Shown here: positions 19,355-28,393 of the stretch, piece by piece
Layout of the letters: each line of letters starts with the position of its first letter
Position numbering within the stretch: the first letter of the stretch is position 1
Assembly (NCBI GenBank): GCA_020523885.1
Contig: JAJAPY010000002.1
Location: 236,023-300,022 of the forward strand
DNA: 64,000 bases
Direction: 5' to 3'
Source: Candidatus Liberimonas magnetica
Lineage (GTDB): Bacteria > Elusimicrobiota > Endomicrobiia > Endomicrobiales > JAFGIL01
Position numbers and translations under genes: made by a program
Notes under the pieces: model-generated
What the model saw: the letters and a program-made list of their open reading frames with translations, nothing else
Told to the model about the DNA's origin: nothing
Databases searched by the model: none

Positions 19355-21454
19355 ATGTTAAATCAATCTGTCCAGTATATTAAAGGAATCGGCCCTAAAA
19401 GAGCAGAAATGCTCTCCCGCCTTGGTATAAAAACCATTCATGATGCGTTGAGTTATTTTCCAAGAGAATACGAAGACCGCAAGGTACCCTTAAAGATAGC
19501 CCTTGCCTCTGCCGGCAAGAAAGCAATTATCCTGGCTAAAGTTGAGTTATCGGAACAAATACAGCTGGGCAAAAACCTTTCTGCATTCAAGGCGTGCTTA
19601 AGCGATGGAAGCGGAATAATTTTTGCTGTTTTTTTCAGGAAATCGAGCCCATACTACAAGCATGATATTTTTTCTTCGCTAAAAAGGGATTTTGTCAAAG
19701 GCAAAAAAGTGCTTGTTTACGGCCAAGTAGAAATTAATTTCGGAAAAAAAGAAATAAATGCCGAAGAATATGAGCCGGTGGCGGATGAAACAAAGCTGGG
19801 TGAGTTGATACATTTTAACAGGATAGTACCGGTATACCCATTGACAGAAGGCATCAGCCAAAAATGGTTCAGGGAATTCATGTACCATGCCGTAGACAGC
19901 AGCCGGCACGATTGGCCCGAACCTTGCCCGGAAAGCATAAAAAAGGCAATGAATTTTAAAAATGCAAAGGAAACTCTTATGTCCATTCATTTCCCGAAAG
20001 AGCTTTCTGATATCGAGCCGGCAAGAAAAAGGCTTGCTTTTGACGAGTTCCTGCTTCTTGAAACAGCCCTTGCTATAGTCAAGGAAAGGAACAACAAAAA
20101 CTTTAAGGAAAGAAAATATCCGGTTAAAAAGTCCCTTTTAACGCCGTTCAGGGAAAAGCTGGGGTTTGAGTTTACAGCTTCCCAGAAGAAGGTGATAAAT
20201 GAGATATTCTCTGACATGCAGAAAACAACTCCCATGAACCGCCTCTTAATGGGCGATGTCGGCTCAGGGAAAACGGTTGTTGCGCTTAGCGCTGTCCTGT
20301 TAGCTATAGAAAACGGATACCAGGCAGTTTTCCTAGCGCCTACTGAGATACTTGCTGAACAGCATTTCCTGACAGTAAATAATATGCTTAAAGGTTTAAA
20401 CATCAACACAGCTCTTTTGACAGGCAGGGCTAACAGAGCCAAAAAGGAAAAACGCTCAATAAAAGAAGACTTGTCCCTGGGCAGGACAAATTTAATAATA
20501 GGGACTCACGCACTTATAGAAGAAGATGTTAAATTTAAAGACCTTGGCCTGATAGTTATAGATGAGCAGCACAGGTTCGGGGTAATGCAGAGGGCGGAGA
20601 TACATATAAAATCAAAAAATCCCGATGTGCTCGTTATGACGGCAACTCCTATCCCAAGGACTCTTGCGCTTACTTTGTACGGCGACCTGGATATTTCTGT
20701 AATTGATGAACTGCCTCCCGGCAGGCAGCCGGTCAAAACCATGCACCTGAAAGATTTTCAAAGCTATAATCTTGTTAAAGACGAAATAAAAAAGGGCCAT
20801 CAGGCATACATAGTTTATCCGTTGATAGAGGAATCGGACAAAATTGAACTTAAAGCTGCGGTAAAAGAAGCGGATTACCTGTCAAAAACGGTATTTCAGG
20901 ATTATAAGGTGGGGCTGCTGCACGGGCAGATGCCGGCCGGTATAAAAGACAAAATAATGCTTGATTTCAGGGACAAGAAATACGATATACTTATTTCAAC
21001 AACAGTAATTGAGGTTGGAATAGACGTAGCCAATGCCACTGTAATGGTCATTGAACACGCAGAAAGGTTCGGCCTTGCAACGCTCCATCAATTAAGAGGA
21101 AGAGTAGGAAGGGGGAAAGATAAATCTTTTTGCTTTTTGATAGGAGAGCCAAAAAGCGAAGATTCGATAAGAAGGATAAACGTGCTTGTCAATAACGCAA
21201 GCGGTTTTGCCATAGCAGAAGAAGACCTCTCCTTAAGGGGCCCAGGCGAGTTCTTTGGCACAATGCAGCACGGCTTGCCTCCTTTTAAAGCCGGAAAGAT
21301 AGTCTATGACGCTCCTGTAATAGAACAGGCAAAAGATGCAGCGCAAAAAATAATTAAGGAAGACCCCGGTCTTATAAACCACGAAAACCTCGTTTTAAGG
21401 ATAGAAATGCTCTCCCTCTACAAAGACAAGTTCGCCCTGTCTAATATCGGATAA
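19355..21454 (+). CDS. recG: ATP-dependent DNA helicase RecG
   Basis: 699 aa. Wedge domain N-terminus plus helicase motifs GDVGSGKT, DEQHRFG and QLRGRVGRG. Confidence 0.9.
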   Translation: MLNQSVQYIKGIGPKRAEMLSRLGIKTIHDALSYFPREYEDRKVPLKIALASAGKKAIILAKVELSEQIQLGKNLSAFKACLSDGSGIIFAVFFRKSSPYYKHDIFSSLKRDFVKGKKVLVYGQVEINFGKKEINAEEYEPVADETKLGELIHFNRIVPVYPLTEGISQKWFREFMYHAVDSSRHDWPEPCPESIKKAMNFKNAKETLMSIHFPKELSDIEPARKRLAFDEFLLLETALAIVKERNNKNFKERKYPVKKSLLTPFREKLGFEFTASQKKVINEIFSDMQKTTPMNRLLMGDVGSGKTVVALSAVLLAIENGYQAVFLAPTEILAEQHFLTVNNMLKGLNINTALLTGRANRAKKEKRSIKEDLSLGRTNLIIGTHALIEEDVKFKDLGLIVIDEQHRFGVMQRAEIHIKSKNPDVLVMTATPIPRTLALTLYGDLDISVIDELPPGRQPVKTMHLKDFQSYNLVKDEIKKGHQAYIVYPLIEESDKIELKAAVKEADYLSKTVFQDYKVGLLHGQMPAGIKDKIMLDFRDKKYDILISTTVIEVGIDVANATVMVIEHAERFGLATLHQLRGRVGRGKDKSFCFLIGEPKSEDSIRRINVLVNNASGFAIAEEDLSLRGPGEFFGTMQHGLPPFKAGKIVYDAPVIEQAKDAAQKIIKEDPGLINHENLVLRIEMLSLYKDKFALSNIG

Positions 21455-21652
21455 AACCAAGTAGAGCCTCTTCCGATGCAACTTGCCTTACGAAGCTTTA
21501 GCGAAGGGAGGGGTTTGGACGCGGAACCTCTCTTAGACTTACCCAAATAAATTGCAATACAAGTATAAAAAATATAAAATTGACATGTATGTTAGGCTCA
21601 TTTTCTAATAAAATTTGACAAAAGATACAAATAAACGCAATCGCAGGTATTA

Positions 21653-22231
21653 ATGAACACATACAAATCAAGAAAACAAACCAGATTAAAAGGGTATGAT
21701 TATTCTTTGGAGGGGCATTATTTTGTAACCATTTGTTCAAAAGATAGAAAGAATATTTTTGGTGAAATAGAAGTTGTAGGGGCGGGCCTTGCGTCCGCCC
21801 GCTATAAAAATGAAATCAGATTATCAAAATTGGGCCAACTAATTGATAGTCAATGGCAAAACATCAAAAAACAATATTATAATGTCGAATTGGATCAATA
21901 TATTATCATGCCAAATCATATTCACGGTATTATAATTGTTGACAATTCGGTATCTTTACGGGCGGACGCAAGGCCCGCCCCTACGGTGTCTGATATTGTT
22001 TGTTCATTCAAATCGAAATGTTCGGTTGAATATGTTAAATATATTCAACAAAATAATTTAAACATTCCCGGTAAAATATGGCAGCGTTCTTTCAATGACC
22101 ATATAATTCGTACAGCAAATTCATTAGAGAACATCCGGGAATATATTATGAATAATCCTGTGAAATGGGATGAGGATGAAAATAATAATCAAAAGGGTCA
22201 GGCATGCCTGACCCCTACAAGCAACAAATAA
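21653..22231 (+). CDS. IS200-like / REP-associated tyrosine (Y1) transposase homologue (RAYT-like)
   Basis: 192 aa. RLKGYDYS...YFVTICSKDR N-terminus, the HUH motif in IIMPNHIHGIIIV, and the WQRSFNDHIIR...YIMNNPVKW C-terminal block carrying the catalytic-Tyr region. Confidence 0.75.
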   Translation: MNTYKSRKQTRLKGYDYSLEGHYFVTICSKDRKNIFGEIEVVGAGLASARYKNEIRLSKLGQLIDSQWQNIKKQYYNVELDQYIIMPNHIHGIIIVDNSVSLRADARPAPTVSDIVCSFKSKCSVEYVKYIQQNNLNIPGKIWQRSFNDHIIRTANSLENIREYIMNNPVKWDEDENNNQKGQACLTPTSNK

Positions 22232-22279
22232 TTAAAATGTCAATAAATTTTAATATTTCTATAAATAGACAAAAAGCTT

Positions 22280-22540
22280 TTGGAAACCGTGTTAAAATTT
22301 AAGAATGTTAAAGCATTATATTGGGACCAATACAGTGAAGATGAAGCTGACTTCGATAATGAGGTGCGGAAAGGGATATGGTTCCGTTCAGATGATGTTA
22401 CCACCCTTCCGGAACCCCCGGAGGGGTATATTTGGAATCGTGATAATAACAGCCTTCAATTAGGCGGTCTTCAGATAGGGAGAAAGATTAGATATCGATT
22501 ATGGCATAATAAATTGGGATATATGCCAGGTTCAGAATAA
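22280..22540 (+). CDS. Hypothetical protein (86 aa)
   Basis: ORF only, with a TTG start and no recognisable motif. Confidence 0.25.
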   Translation: METVLKFKNVKALYWDQYSEDEADFDNEVRKGIWFRSDDVTTLPEPPEGYIWNRDNNSLQLGGLQIGRKIRYRLWHNKLGYMPGSE

Positions 22541-22568
22541 AGAATAGTATTGGGAAAAAATGATAACA

Positions 22569-22597
22569 TTGAAAACAAAATTCTTTTTTGCTATAAT
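22569..22597 (+). promoter_or_regulatory. Near-consensus sigma70-type promoter (TTGAAA-17 nt-TGcTATAAT)
   Basis: -35 TTGAAA at 22569-74, a 17-nt spacer ending in an extended -10 TG, and TATAAT at 22592-97. It lies ~155 nt upstream of the coaD start. Confidence 0.45.
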
Positions 22598-22753
22598 TTC
22601 ATCAAATTATAATGTCATGTTCTTCACTAAAATTGCCATCCTACGTAAGACATTCGCCACAGAATCATTGGCGGTTGCTTAGAATAGTCAAAAGAGCAAG
22701 TCGTTTAGCTCTTGTCATAGAGTGAGTAAAATTTGTTGAGAAATCAATAATAA

Positions 22754-23260
22754 GTGGAGGAATTTTTGATAAAAACAGCTATCTACCCAGGAAGTTTTGA
22801 CCCTCCAACAAACGGGCATTTAGACATTATTCTGCGAGCTACGCATCTTTTCCCGAAAGTAATAGTAGCGGTAACTGATAATTCCGATAAAAAACCCACT
22901 TTTAAATTAAAAGACAGGATTACTATGCTTAAAGAAACCACAAAAGGTTTAAATGGGGTCAGGGTGGAGTTTTTTTCGGGGTTATTGGTTAATTATGCTA
23001 AAAAAAGAAAAGCAAGTGTGATAATAAGGGGCCTGCGCGCAATCTCAGATTTTGAATTTGAATTTCAAATGGCTTTAATGAACAGAAGGCTCAGTAAGAA
23101 AATTGAGACTGTATTTTTAATGCCGGATGAAAAATATACTTATATTTCCTCAAGCCTGATAAAACAGATTTCACGGCTAGGCGGTTCTTTAAAAGGGCTG
23201 ATTCCTGTTTCGGTGAATAAATATTTAAGTAAAAGGCAAGTTAGCCCCTTGGGGGACTAA
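22754..23260 (+). CDS. coaD: Phosphopantetheine adenylyltransferase
   Basis: 168 aa with a GTG start. YPGSFDPPTNGHLDII nucleotidyltransferase motif. The last ~8 codons run into hairpin + GATTACA copy B. Confidence 0.9.
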   Translation: MEEFLIKTAIYPGSFDPPTNGHLDIILRATHLFPKVIVAVTDNSDKKPTFKLKDRITMLKETTKGLNGVRVEFFSGLLVNYAKKRKASVIIRGLRAISDFEFEFQMALMNRRLSKKIETVFLMPDEKYTYISSSLIKQISRLGGSLKGLIPVSVNKYLSKRQVSPLGD

Positions 23261-23297
23261 CTGATTACAGTGATCAAAAACAAAGATTACGGTGATT
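23239..23297 (+). repeat. Hairpin + GATTACA element, copy B
   Basis: AGTTAGCCCC-ttgg-GGGACTAACT, then GATTACAGTGATCAAAAACAAAGATTACGGTGATTTC. Confidence 0.65.
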
Positions 23298-23354
23298 TCT
23301 AGTATAGAGTTTTAAAATTCTTATACTACAACATAAATCTAAAGGAGCACACCT

Positions 23355-25019
23355 TTGCGTTTGACTTCCTTAAAGAAAAGACTCGGCGATATCCTGGTGG
23401 ATGTAGGTATTATCACCAAAGAGCAATTGGATAAAGCCCTTGAAACGCAGCGAATGACCGGAGAAAAACTAGGGGCCATACTTGCGCAGATGGGCGTAAT
23501 AAATGAAGAGGTCATGCTGGCATTTTTAGGCAAGCAGTGCGGTGTTTCCTATGTATCGATAAATGAGTACGGAGAAATTCCTGCGGACGTTGTGCGCTCG
23601 ATCCCTGAAAGTGTGGCAAGGCAACAGATACTTATCCCGCTGGCAAAAGAAGCAAATACAATAACGATTGCAATGGCTGACCCTTTTAATGTGTTTGCGA
23701 TCGACGATATTAAAGTAATGACAGGGCTGGATGTCAATATTGTAATTGCCTCAGAATCCGAAATCAAGGAAGCCATAGAAAAGTACTACAGCCATACTCT
23801 TGAATTTAAACATACGGTAGCAGACCTGATAAAATCCGCAAAAGATATCTCAGATGAAGAACTGGTTAGCTCGATTTTGTCCGAAGCCGTTAAAAGTAAA
23901 GCTTCGGACATACACATGCAGCCTCAGGCGGATTCCCTGCACATACGTTTCAGGATCGACGGAATTCTGCATGATTACTCTACGTTAGGCCTGAATGAAT
24001 ACAAGAATATTTTGAACAGGCTGAAGAAAATGGCAAACCTTAATATAGACATAAATCAATACCTGCCCAGGGGCTCAAAAATTAAAATAAGGGTAGATGG
24101 GAATGACATAGATCTAAGAATATCCATAATCCCAACGGTTACCGGACAAAAGCTCACTCTGCAGATATTGAGCAATGAAACGCTCTGCAGGGACCTGGCA
24201 AAACTTGGTTTTGAAACCGAAACTTTGGCAGCTTATAAAAAAAATATAGAATCAAAAAGCGGCCTTATAATAATATCAAGCCCTATATATTCAGGAAAAA
24301 CTACGACTCTTTATTCAACCGTAGGCCACCTAAATCATCCGGACAGGAACATATTGACGATCGAAGACCCAGTTAAGTATATAATCCCTGGGATCACTCA
24401 GGTCCAGGTGGACACAGATAACGGAATGACGGCTTCAAGGGTATTAAGGTCCTTTGAAATGCAAAACCCGGATATAATCGTTGTTGACGAGGTCCGGGAT
24501 CCTGAGACCGCAAGGCAATGTATCAACGCGGCATTGACCGGGCATTTGGTTTTTGCAACATTCCCGATAAACGATTCGGCCGGAGTCCTTGTACATTTAA
24601 AAAATATGGGGATCGAACCGTTCATGATAGCGACCTCATTAAGGATGGTCCTTGCACAAAGGCTTATGCGCGCTATATGCCCCGATTGCAGGGAGAGTTA
24701 TGATATCCCGACGAACAATGTGCGTAATATCGGCATTGACCCCAAGTTCGCTAATGACCAGTCAAAAATAGAATTATGGCGGGGCAAGGGATGTAGTTCC
24801 TGTAATTTCTCCGGATACAGGGGCAGGGTAGCCATTTATGAGATATTAGAATTAAACAGCAAACTGCGGGAACTAATATTAGACGATGTACAGGAATCGC
24901 TCCTAAGGCAATTAGTCACAGATATGGGTGTGATTACCTTGCGTGAAGCTGCCTGGAGAAAAGTCCGGACAGGAGTTTCTACTGCAGAAGAAATGTTAAG
25001 GCTTACAAAGTATACATAA
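23355..25019 (+). CDS. pilB: Type IV pilus assembly ATPase PilB (GspE family) with an MshEN-type N-terminal domain
   Basis: 554 aa with a TTG start. N-terminal RLGDILVDVGIITKEQLDKALETQ motif, Walker A region SPIYSGKTTTL, and the tetracysteine motif CPDC...CSSC. Confidence 0.85.
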   Translation: MRLTSLKKRLGDILVDVGIITKEQLDKALETQRMTGEKLGAILAQMGVINEEVMLAFLGKQCGVSYVSINEYGEIPADVVRSIPESVARQQILIPLAKEANTITIAMADPFNVFAIDDIKVMTGLDVNIVIASESEIKEAIEKYYSHTLEFKHTVADLIKSAKDISDEELVSSILSEAVKSKASDIHMQPQADSLHIRFRIDGILHDYSTLGLNEYKNILNRLKKMANLNIDINQYLPRGSKIKIRVDGNDIDLRISIIPTVTGQKLTLQILSNETLCRDLAKLGFETETLAAYKKNIESKSGLIIISSPIYSGKTTTLYSTVGHLNHPDRNILTIEDPVKYIIPGITQVQVDTDNGMTASRVLRSFEMQNPDIIVVDEVRDPETARQCINAALTGHLVFATFPINDSAGVLVHLKNMGIEPFMIATSLRMVLAQRLMRAICPDCRESYDIPTNNVRNIGIDPKFANDQSKIELWRGKGCSSCNFSGYRGRVAIYEILELNSKLRELILDDVQESLLRQLVTDMGVITLREAAWRKVRTGVSTAEEMLRLTKYT

Positions 25020-25215
25020 AATATCAACTTAGAAGGGTTCAGTGAAGAAAGACTCACGCTGCGAGACTTTCTGAACGCGGAAGGGAAACTTAGTTTCTCT
25101 CCGGGAGTGTTGAGGCGAGCAATTTCCGACCAAGCCGAAACAATCCTTCTCCTGCAAAGCGGGAGAAGGTAAGTCCCCGCCCAAAGGCGGGGGCGCGACA
25201 TTAAGGAGATGATAA

Positions 25216-26289
25216 ATGTTAAATATGGAAGAATTACTTAAGCTTCTGGTTGAGAAAAAAGCATCTGACCTGCATTTAACTCCCGGAGTCTCTCCTATGC
25301 TGAGAATAGACGGAGAGATGGTTTCCACTGATTTTGACAAACTTACTCCGGATGTATGCCAGAAACTGGTATACTCGCTTCTTACGGACACTCAAAAGGA
25401 AAAATTCGAGGCCAACAACGAACTTGACCTGTCATTCGGTATTAAAGGTGTCGGCAGGGTAAGGATGAATGTATTTCGGCAGCGCGGCTCGGTCTCGGCG
25501 GCACTCCGCTCGATCCCTACTAAAATCCTAACTTTTGACGACTTGAATTTGCCGCCTGTAGTTTATACCCTGATGAAATTAAAAAAAGGATTGGTGCTGA
25601 TCACCGGAGCAACGGGTTCAGGAAAATCTACGACCCTGGCCTCTATGATAGATTATTTGAATGAAAACCGCCAGGGGCATATCATAACCATCGAAGACCC
25701 GATAGAATACATTCATTATCATAAAAAATGCATAGTCAATCAAAGGGAAGTGGGGGCAGACACAGGGTCATTCCCGAGTGCCTTGAAATATGTCCTGAGG
25801 CAAGACCCGGATGTTATTCTAATAGGGGAAATGAGGGACCTTGAAACGATTTCAGCTGCTTTAACTATAGCTGAAACCGGGCATCTTGTTTTTGCAACGC
25901 TTCACACTACCGATGCAGCCTCTACGATAAACAGGATAATAGATGTATTTCCGCCGCATCAGCAATTTCAGATACGCTCACAGCTTTCTCTGACCCTTCA
26001 GGCGGTTTTTGCCCAGCAGCTTATCCAACTCACTTCAGGCCAGGGACGTACCTTAGCCTGTGAAGTTTTGATAGCAACTCCTGCGGTAAAAAGTTTGATC
26101 AGGGATATGAAGATAGAACAACTTTATCTCGCGATGCAAACAGGGGGAAAGTTCGGGATGCTGACCATGAACCAGGCTTTATTTGAATTATATTCAAAAA
26201 GAAAGATATCTTATCAGACAGCGCTCGATTATAGCACTGATAAGGATGACTTAAAGCGTTTGTTAGAAAAAGTCACGGTCAAGTCGTAA
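25216..26289 (+). CDS. pilT: Twitching-motility (retraction) ATPase PilT
   Basis: 357 aa. ASDLHL, Walker A GATGSGKSTT, GHLVFATLHT. Confidence 0.9.
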   Translation: MLNMEELLKLLVEKKASDLHLTPGVSPMLRIDGEMVSTDFDKLTPDVCQKLVYSLLTDTQKEKFEANNELDLSFGIKGVGRVRMNVFRQRGSVSAALRSIPTKILTFDDLNLPPVVYTLMKLKKGLVLITGATGSGKSTTLASMIDYLNENRQGHIITIEDPIEYIHYHKKCIVNQREVGADTGSFPSALKYVLRQDPDVILIGEMRDLETISAALTIAETGHLVFATLHTTDAASTINRIIDVFPPHQQFQIRSQLSLTLQAVFAQQLIQLTSGQGRTLACEVLIATPAVKSLIRDMKIEQLYLAMQTGGKFGMLTMNQALFELYSKRKISYQTALDYSTDKDDLKRLLEKVTVKS

Positions 26290-26292
26290 GTA

Positions 26293-26414
26293 AATTAAAA
26301 ATGCAAAATGAAAAAATCAAAATTAAGGTATCCCGCTTTGCGGGATTAATTTAAATAAGTCCGCTATAGCGGACACCTTAATTTTACATTTTTCACTTTT
26401 CATTTTGCAATTAA
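26293..26414. repeat. ~122-nt compound palindrome (long AT-rich arms enclosing two GC hairpins)
   Basis: Left arm TGCAAAATGAAAAAATCAAAATTAAGGT and right arm ACCTTAATTTTACATTTTTCACTTTTCATTTTGCA. The inner hairpins are ATCCCGC-ttt-GCGGGAT and GTCCGC-tata-GCGGAC. Confidence 0.7.
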
Positions 26415-26430
26415 GTTTGTTGGAGTTATA

Positions 26431-27654
26431 ATGCCTAAGTTTAGCTACAAAGCAAGAAATGCTTCCGGCAGTGAGTCCACAGCTGTAATTGAAGCTCCTG
26501 ACCAGAGAACTGCGATGGAACGCCTCAAGAATCAGAAGCTTATCGTAGTCGAGATATCCGAAAACAAACCCGGATTTATTAAAAAAATATTTGATAAGAT
26601 TAATCCAATGAAGCCCAGTGTAGGTTCTAAAGAACTGGTGCTTTTTTCAAGGCAGCTCTCTACTCTGGTTTCTGCTGGTGTGCCAATTGTTCAGGGCCTT
26701 TCGATCCTTGTTGACCAGGCTGAAAGCCCGCTATTCAAAAATGTCCTGCTTAGTGTCAGGGAAGATATTGAGCAGGGTATATCCATTAATGATGCTATGA
26801 GAAAACATCCTGTCGCATTTACAGAACTTTACGTTGCTATGATAAAAGCCGGAGAAGTCGGTGGCATTTTAGACGCTATCTTAGACAGGCTTTCTTCATA
26901 TCTTGAAGCATCGGAAGAGTTAAAGGGAAAAGTAAAAGGGGCCATGGTGTACCCGGCAGTTATCGGATGTATCGCAGGAGCTGTAACATTATTCCTTATG
27001 ATCTTTATAATACCGACATTTCAGAATATTTTTTCTCAATTTGGAGGAGAATTGCCTCTTCCGACAAAAGTAATGATATGGATATCAGAGTTTTTAAGGA
27101 ATTTCATATTGCTGGTGCTGGCAACTCCTGTCGGGATATTCTTTGGTTTTAAGAAGTATGGAGAAACTGAGAAAGGCAGGGTAGTTCTTGACAGAATTTT
27201 CTTGAAACTCCCCGTGTTCGGAATTCTTATAAAAAAAGTATCTGTGGCAAAATTTTCCAGGACGCTTGGTACGCTTATAAAATCTGGTGTACCGATCCTT
27301 CAGGCGCTTGATACGGTGGGGAAAACAAGCGGCAATAAAATAATTGAGCAGTCGATAGAAACCGCAAGACAGGCTATAAAGGAAGGGGAAAGAATGGCGG
27401 AGCCGCTGCGTAAAACAGGTGTTTTTCCTGAAATGGTTGTTCAGATGATAGCAATTGGTGAAGAAACCGGTAACCTTGACATAATGTTAAATAAAATAGC
27501 TGATTTCTATGACCAGGAAGTTGATGTAGCGGTAAAGGGGCTCACAAGCATGATAGAGCCTCTGGTAATGGTAGTAATGGGTATCGTTGTTGGTGCGATC
27601 GTAATGTCCATGTTTATGCCTATGTTCGAGATGGGCCAGATGGCAAGTAAATAG
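26431..27654 (+). CDS. pilC: Type IV pilus platform protein PilC (GspF family)
   Basis: 407 aa. Duplicated GspF domains and three hydrophobic segments. Confidence 0.9.
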   Translation: MPKFSYKARNASGSESTAVIEAPDQRTAMERLKNQKLIVVEISENKPGFIKKIFDKINPMKPSVGSKELVLFSRQLSTLVSAGVPIVQGLSILVDQAESPLFKNVLLSVREDIEQGISINDAMRKHPVAFTELYVAMIKAGEVGGILDAILDRLSSYLEASEELKGKVKGAMVYPAVIGCIAGAVTLFLMIFIIPTFQNIFSQFGGELPLPTKVMIWISEFLRNFILLVLATPVGIFFGFKKYGETEKGRVVLDRIFLKLPVFGILIKKVSVAKFSRTLGTLIKSGVPILQALDTVGKTSGNKIIEQSIETARQAIKEGERMAEPLRKTGVFPEMVVQMIAIGEETGNLDIMLNKIADFYDQEVDVAVKGLTSMIEPLVMVVMGIVVGAIVMSMFMPMFEMGQMASK

Positions 27655-27756
27655 TCCCGCCGTAATATAGGCACGGATTGTTGTCTTGGGATTTGTTAAT
27701 AATGGCGGGATGTCGTGTTATCAAAAAGCCTCCGGCTTCAACTGGAGGAACTTCAC

Positions 27757-27785
27757 TTGACAAATACAAGGCTATTTGTTATATT
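27757..27785 (+). promoter_or_regulatory. Sigma70-type promoter candidate for the pilin gene (TTGACA-17 nt-TATATT)
   Basis: TTGACA at 27757-62, TATATT at 27780-85, and a strong RBS AAGGAGGTG before the ATG at 27825. Confidence 0.4.
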
Positions 27786-27824
27786 TAGGTTGTAGGATTC
27801 TGTAAAAAAAGGAGGTGAAACAAA

Positions 27825-28307
27825 ATGAAAAAGTCAAAAGGTTTTACGCTAATTGAGCTTATGATCGTTGTAGCAATCATTGGAATACTTTCAGCTATTG
27901 CTATTCCAAAATTTGCCGACCTTATTCGTAAATCTAATGAAGGTGCAACAAAAGGAAACCTTGGAGCTATCCGCAGCGCTGTTTCTATTTACTACGGAGA
28001 ATTGGAAGGCTGGTTCCCGGTGCCGACGGCATCAGGAGGTTCGGCAACAGCAGGGACGTTAGGTGCTATTTTAACCATGGAAAATGGTAAATACCTGAAG
28101 GAAGTTACTTCAAGTTATGCACCGCCGCACCATGCAAAATCAGCGAACGTTACAATTGCAGTGGCAAGCGGAAATGAAACTGCAAGCCCGGGTGCATGGG
28201 GATATCAGGATGCCCGTTCCCCTGGAACCGGAGAAAAACAATGGGGCGATGTATGGGTAAATTGTACTCATACCGACTCAAAGGGCCAGGTTTGGTCTTC
28301 TTACTAA
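27825..28307 (+). CDS. pilA: Type IVa major pilin
   Basis: 160 aa. Short leader MKKSKG followed by the class III signal FTLIELMIVVAIIGILSAIAIPKF. Confidence 0.85.
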   Translation: MKKSKGFTLIELMIVVAIIGILSAIAIPKFADLIRKSNEGATKGNLGAIRSAVSIYYGELEGWFPVPTASGGSATAGTLGAILTMENGKYLKEVTSSYAPPHHAKSANVTIAVASGNETASPGAWGYQDARSPGTGEKQWGDVWVNCTHTDSKGQVWSSY

Positions 28308-28330
28308 AATCTGAGTGTTACTTGAATGGT

Positions 28331-28368
28331 AACCCCGCGCGTTCTTTGACGAGCGGGGTTATTTTTTT
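28331..28368 (+). terminator. Rho-independent terminator after pilA
   Basis: AACCCCGC-(14 nt)-GCGGGGTT followed by ATTTTTTT. Confidence 0.65.
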
Positions 28369-28393
28369 GTATAATGTACATAACAGAGGGAAA

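Noticed and set aside
21498-21740. 80-aa minus-strand ORF overlapping the RAYT-like gene start.
   Set aside because: It is antisense to a supported gene and its upstream spacer, and the hydrophobic low-complexity translation has no motif.
24836-25391. Two minus-strand ORFs (121 and 120 aa) spanning the pilB-pilT spacer.
   Set aside because: They overlap the ends of pilB and pilT antisense and otherwise read through the GC-rich repeat island. Their composition is S/R/P-rich and low-complexity, with no RBS context.
28196-28393. The track ORF extends the prepilin peptidase 66 codons upstream, overlapping the 3' end of pilA.
   Set aside because: The extension crosses the pilA terminator hairpin and a TATAAT box, overlaps pilA in another frame, and has no PilD-like sequence. 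The conserved PilD N-terminus begins at the ATG at 28394.
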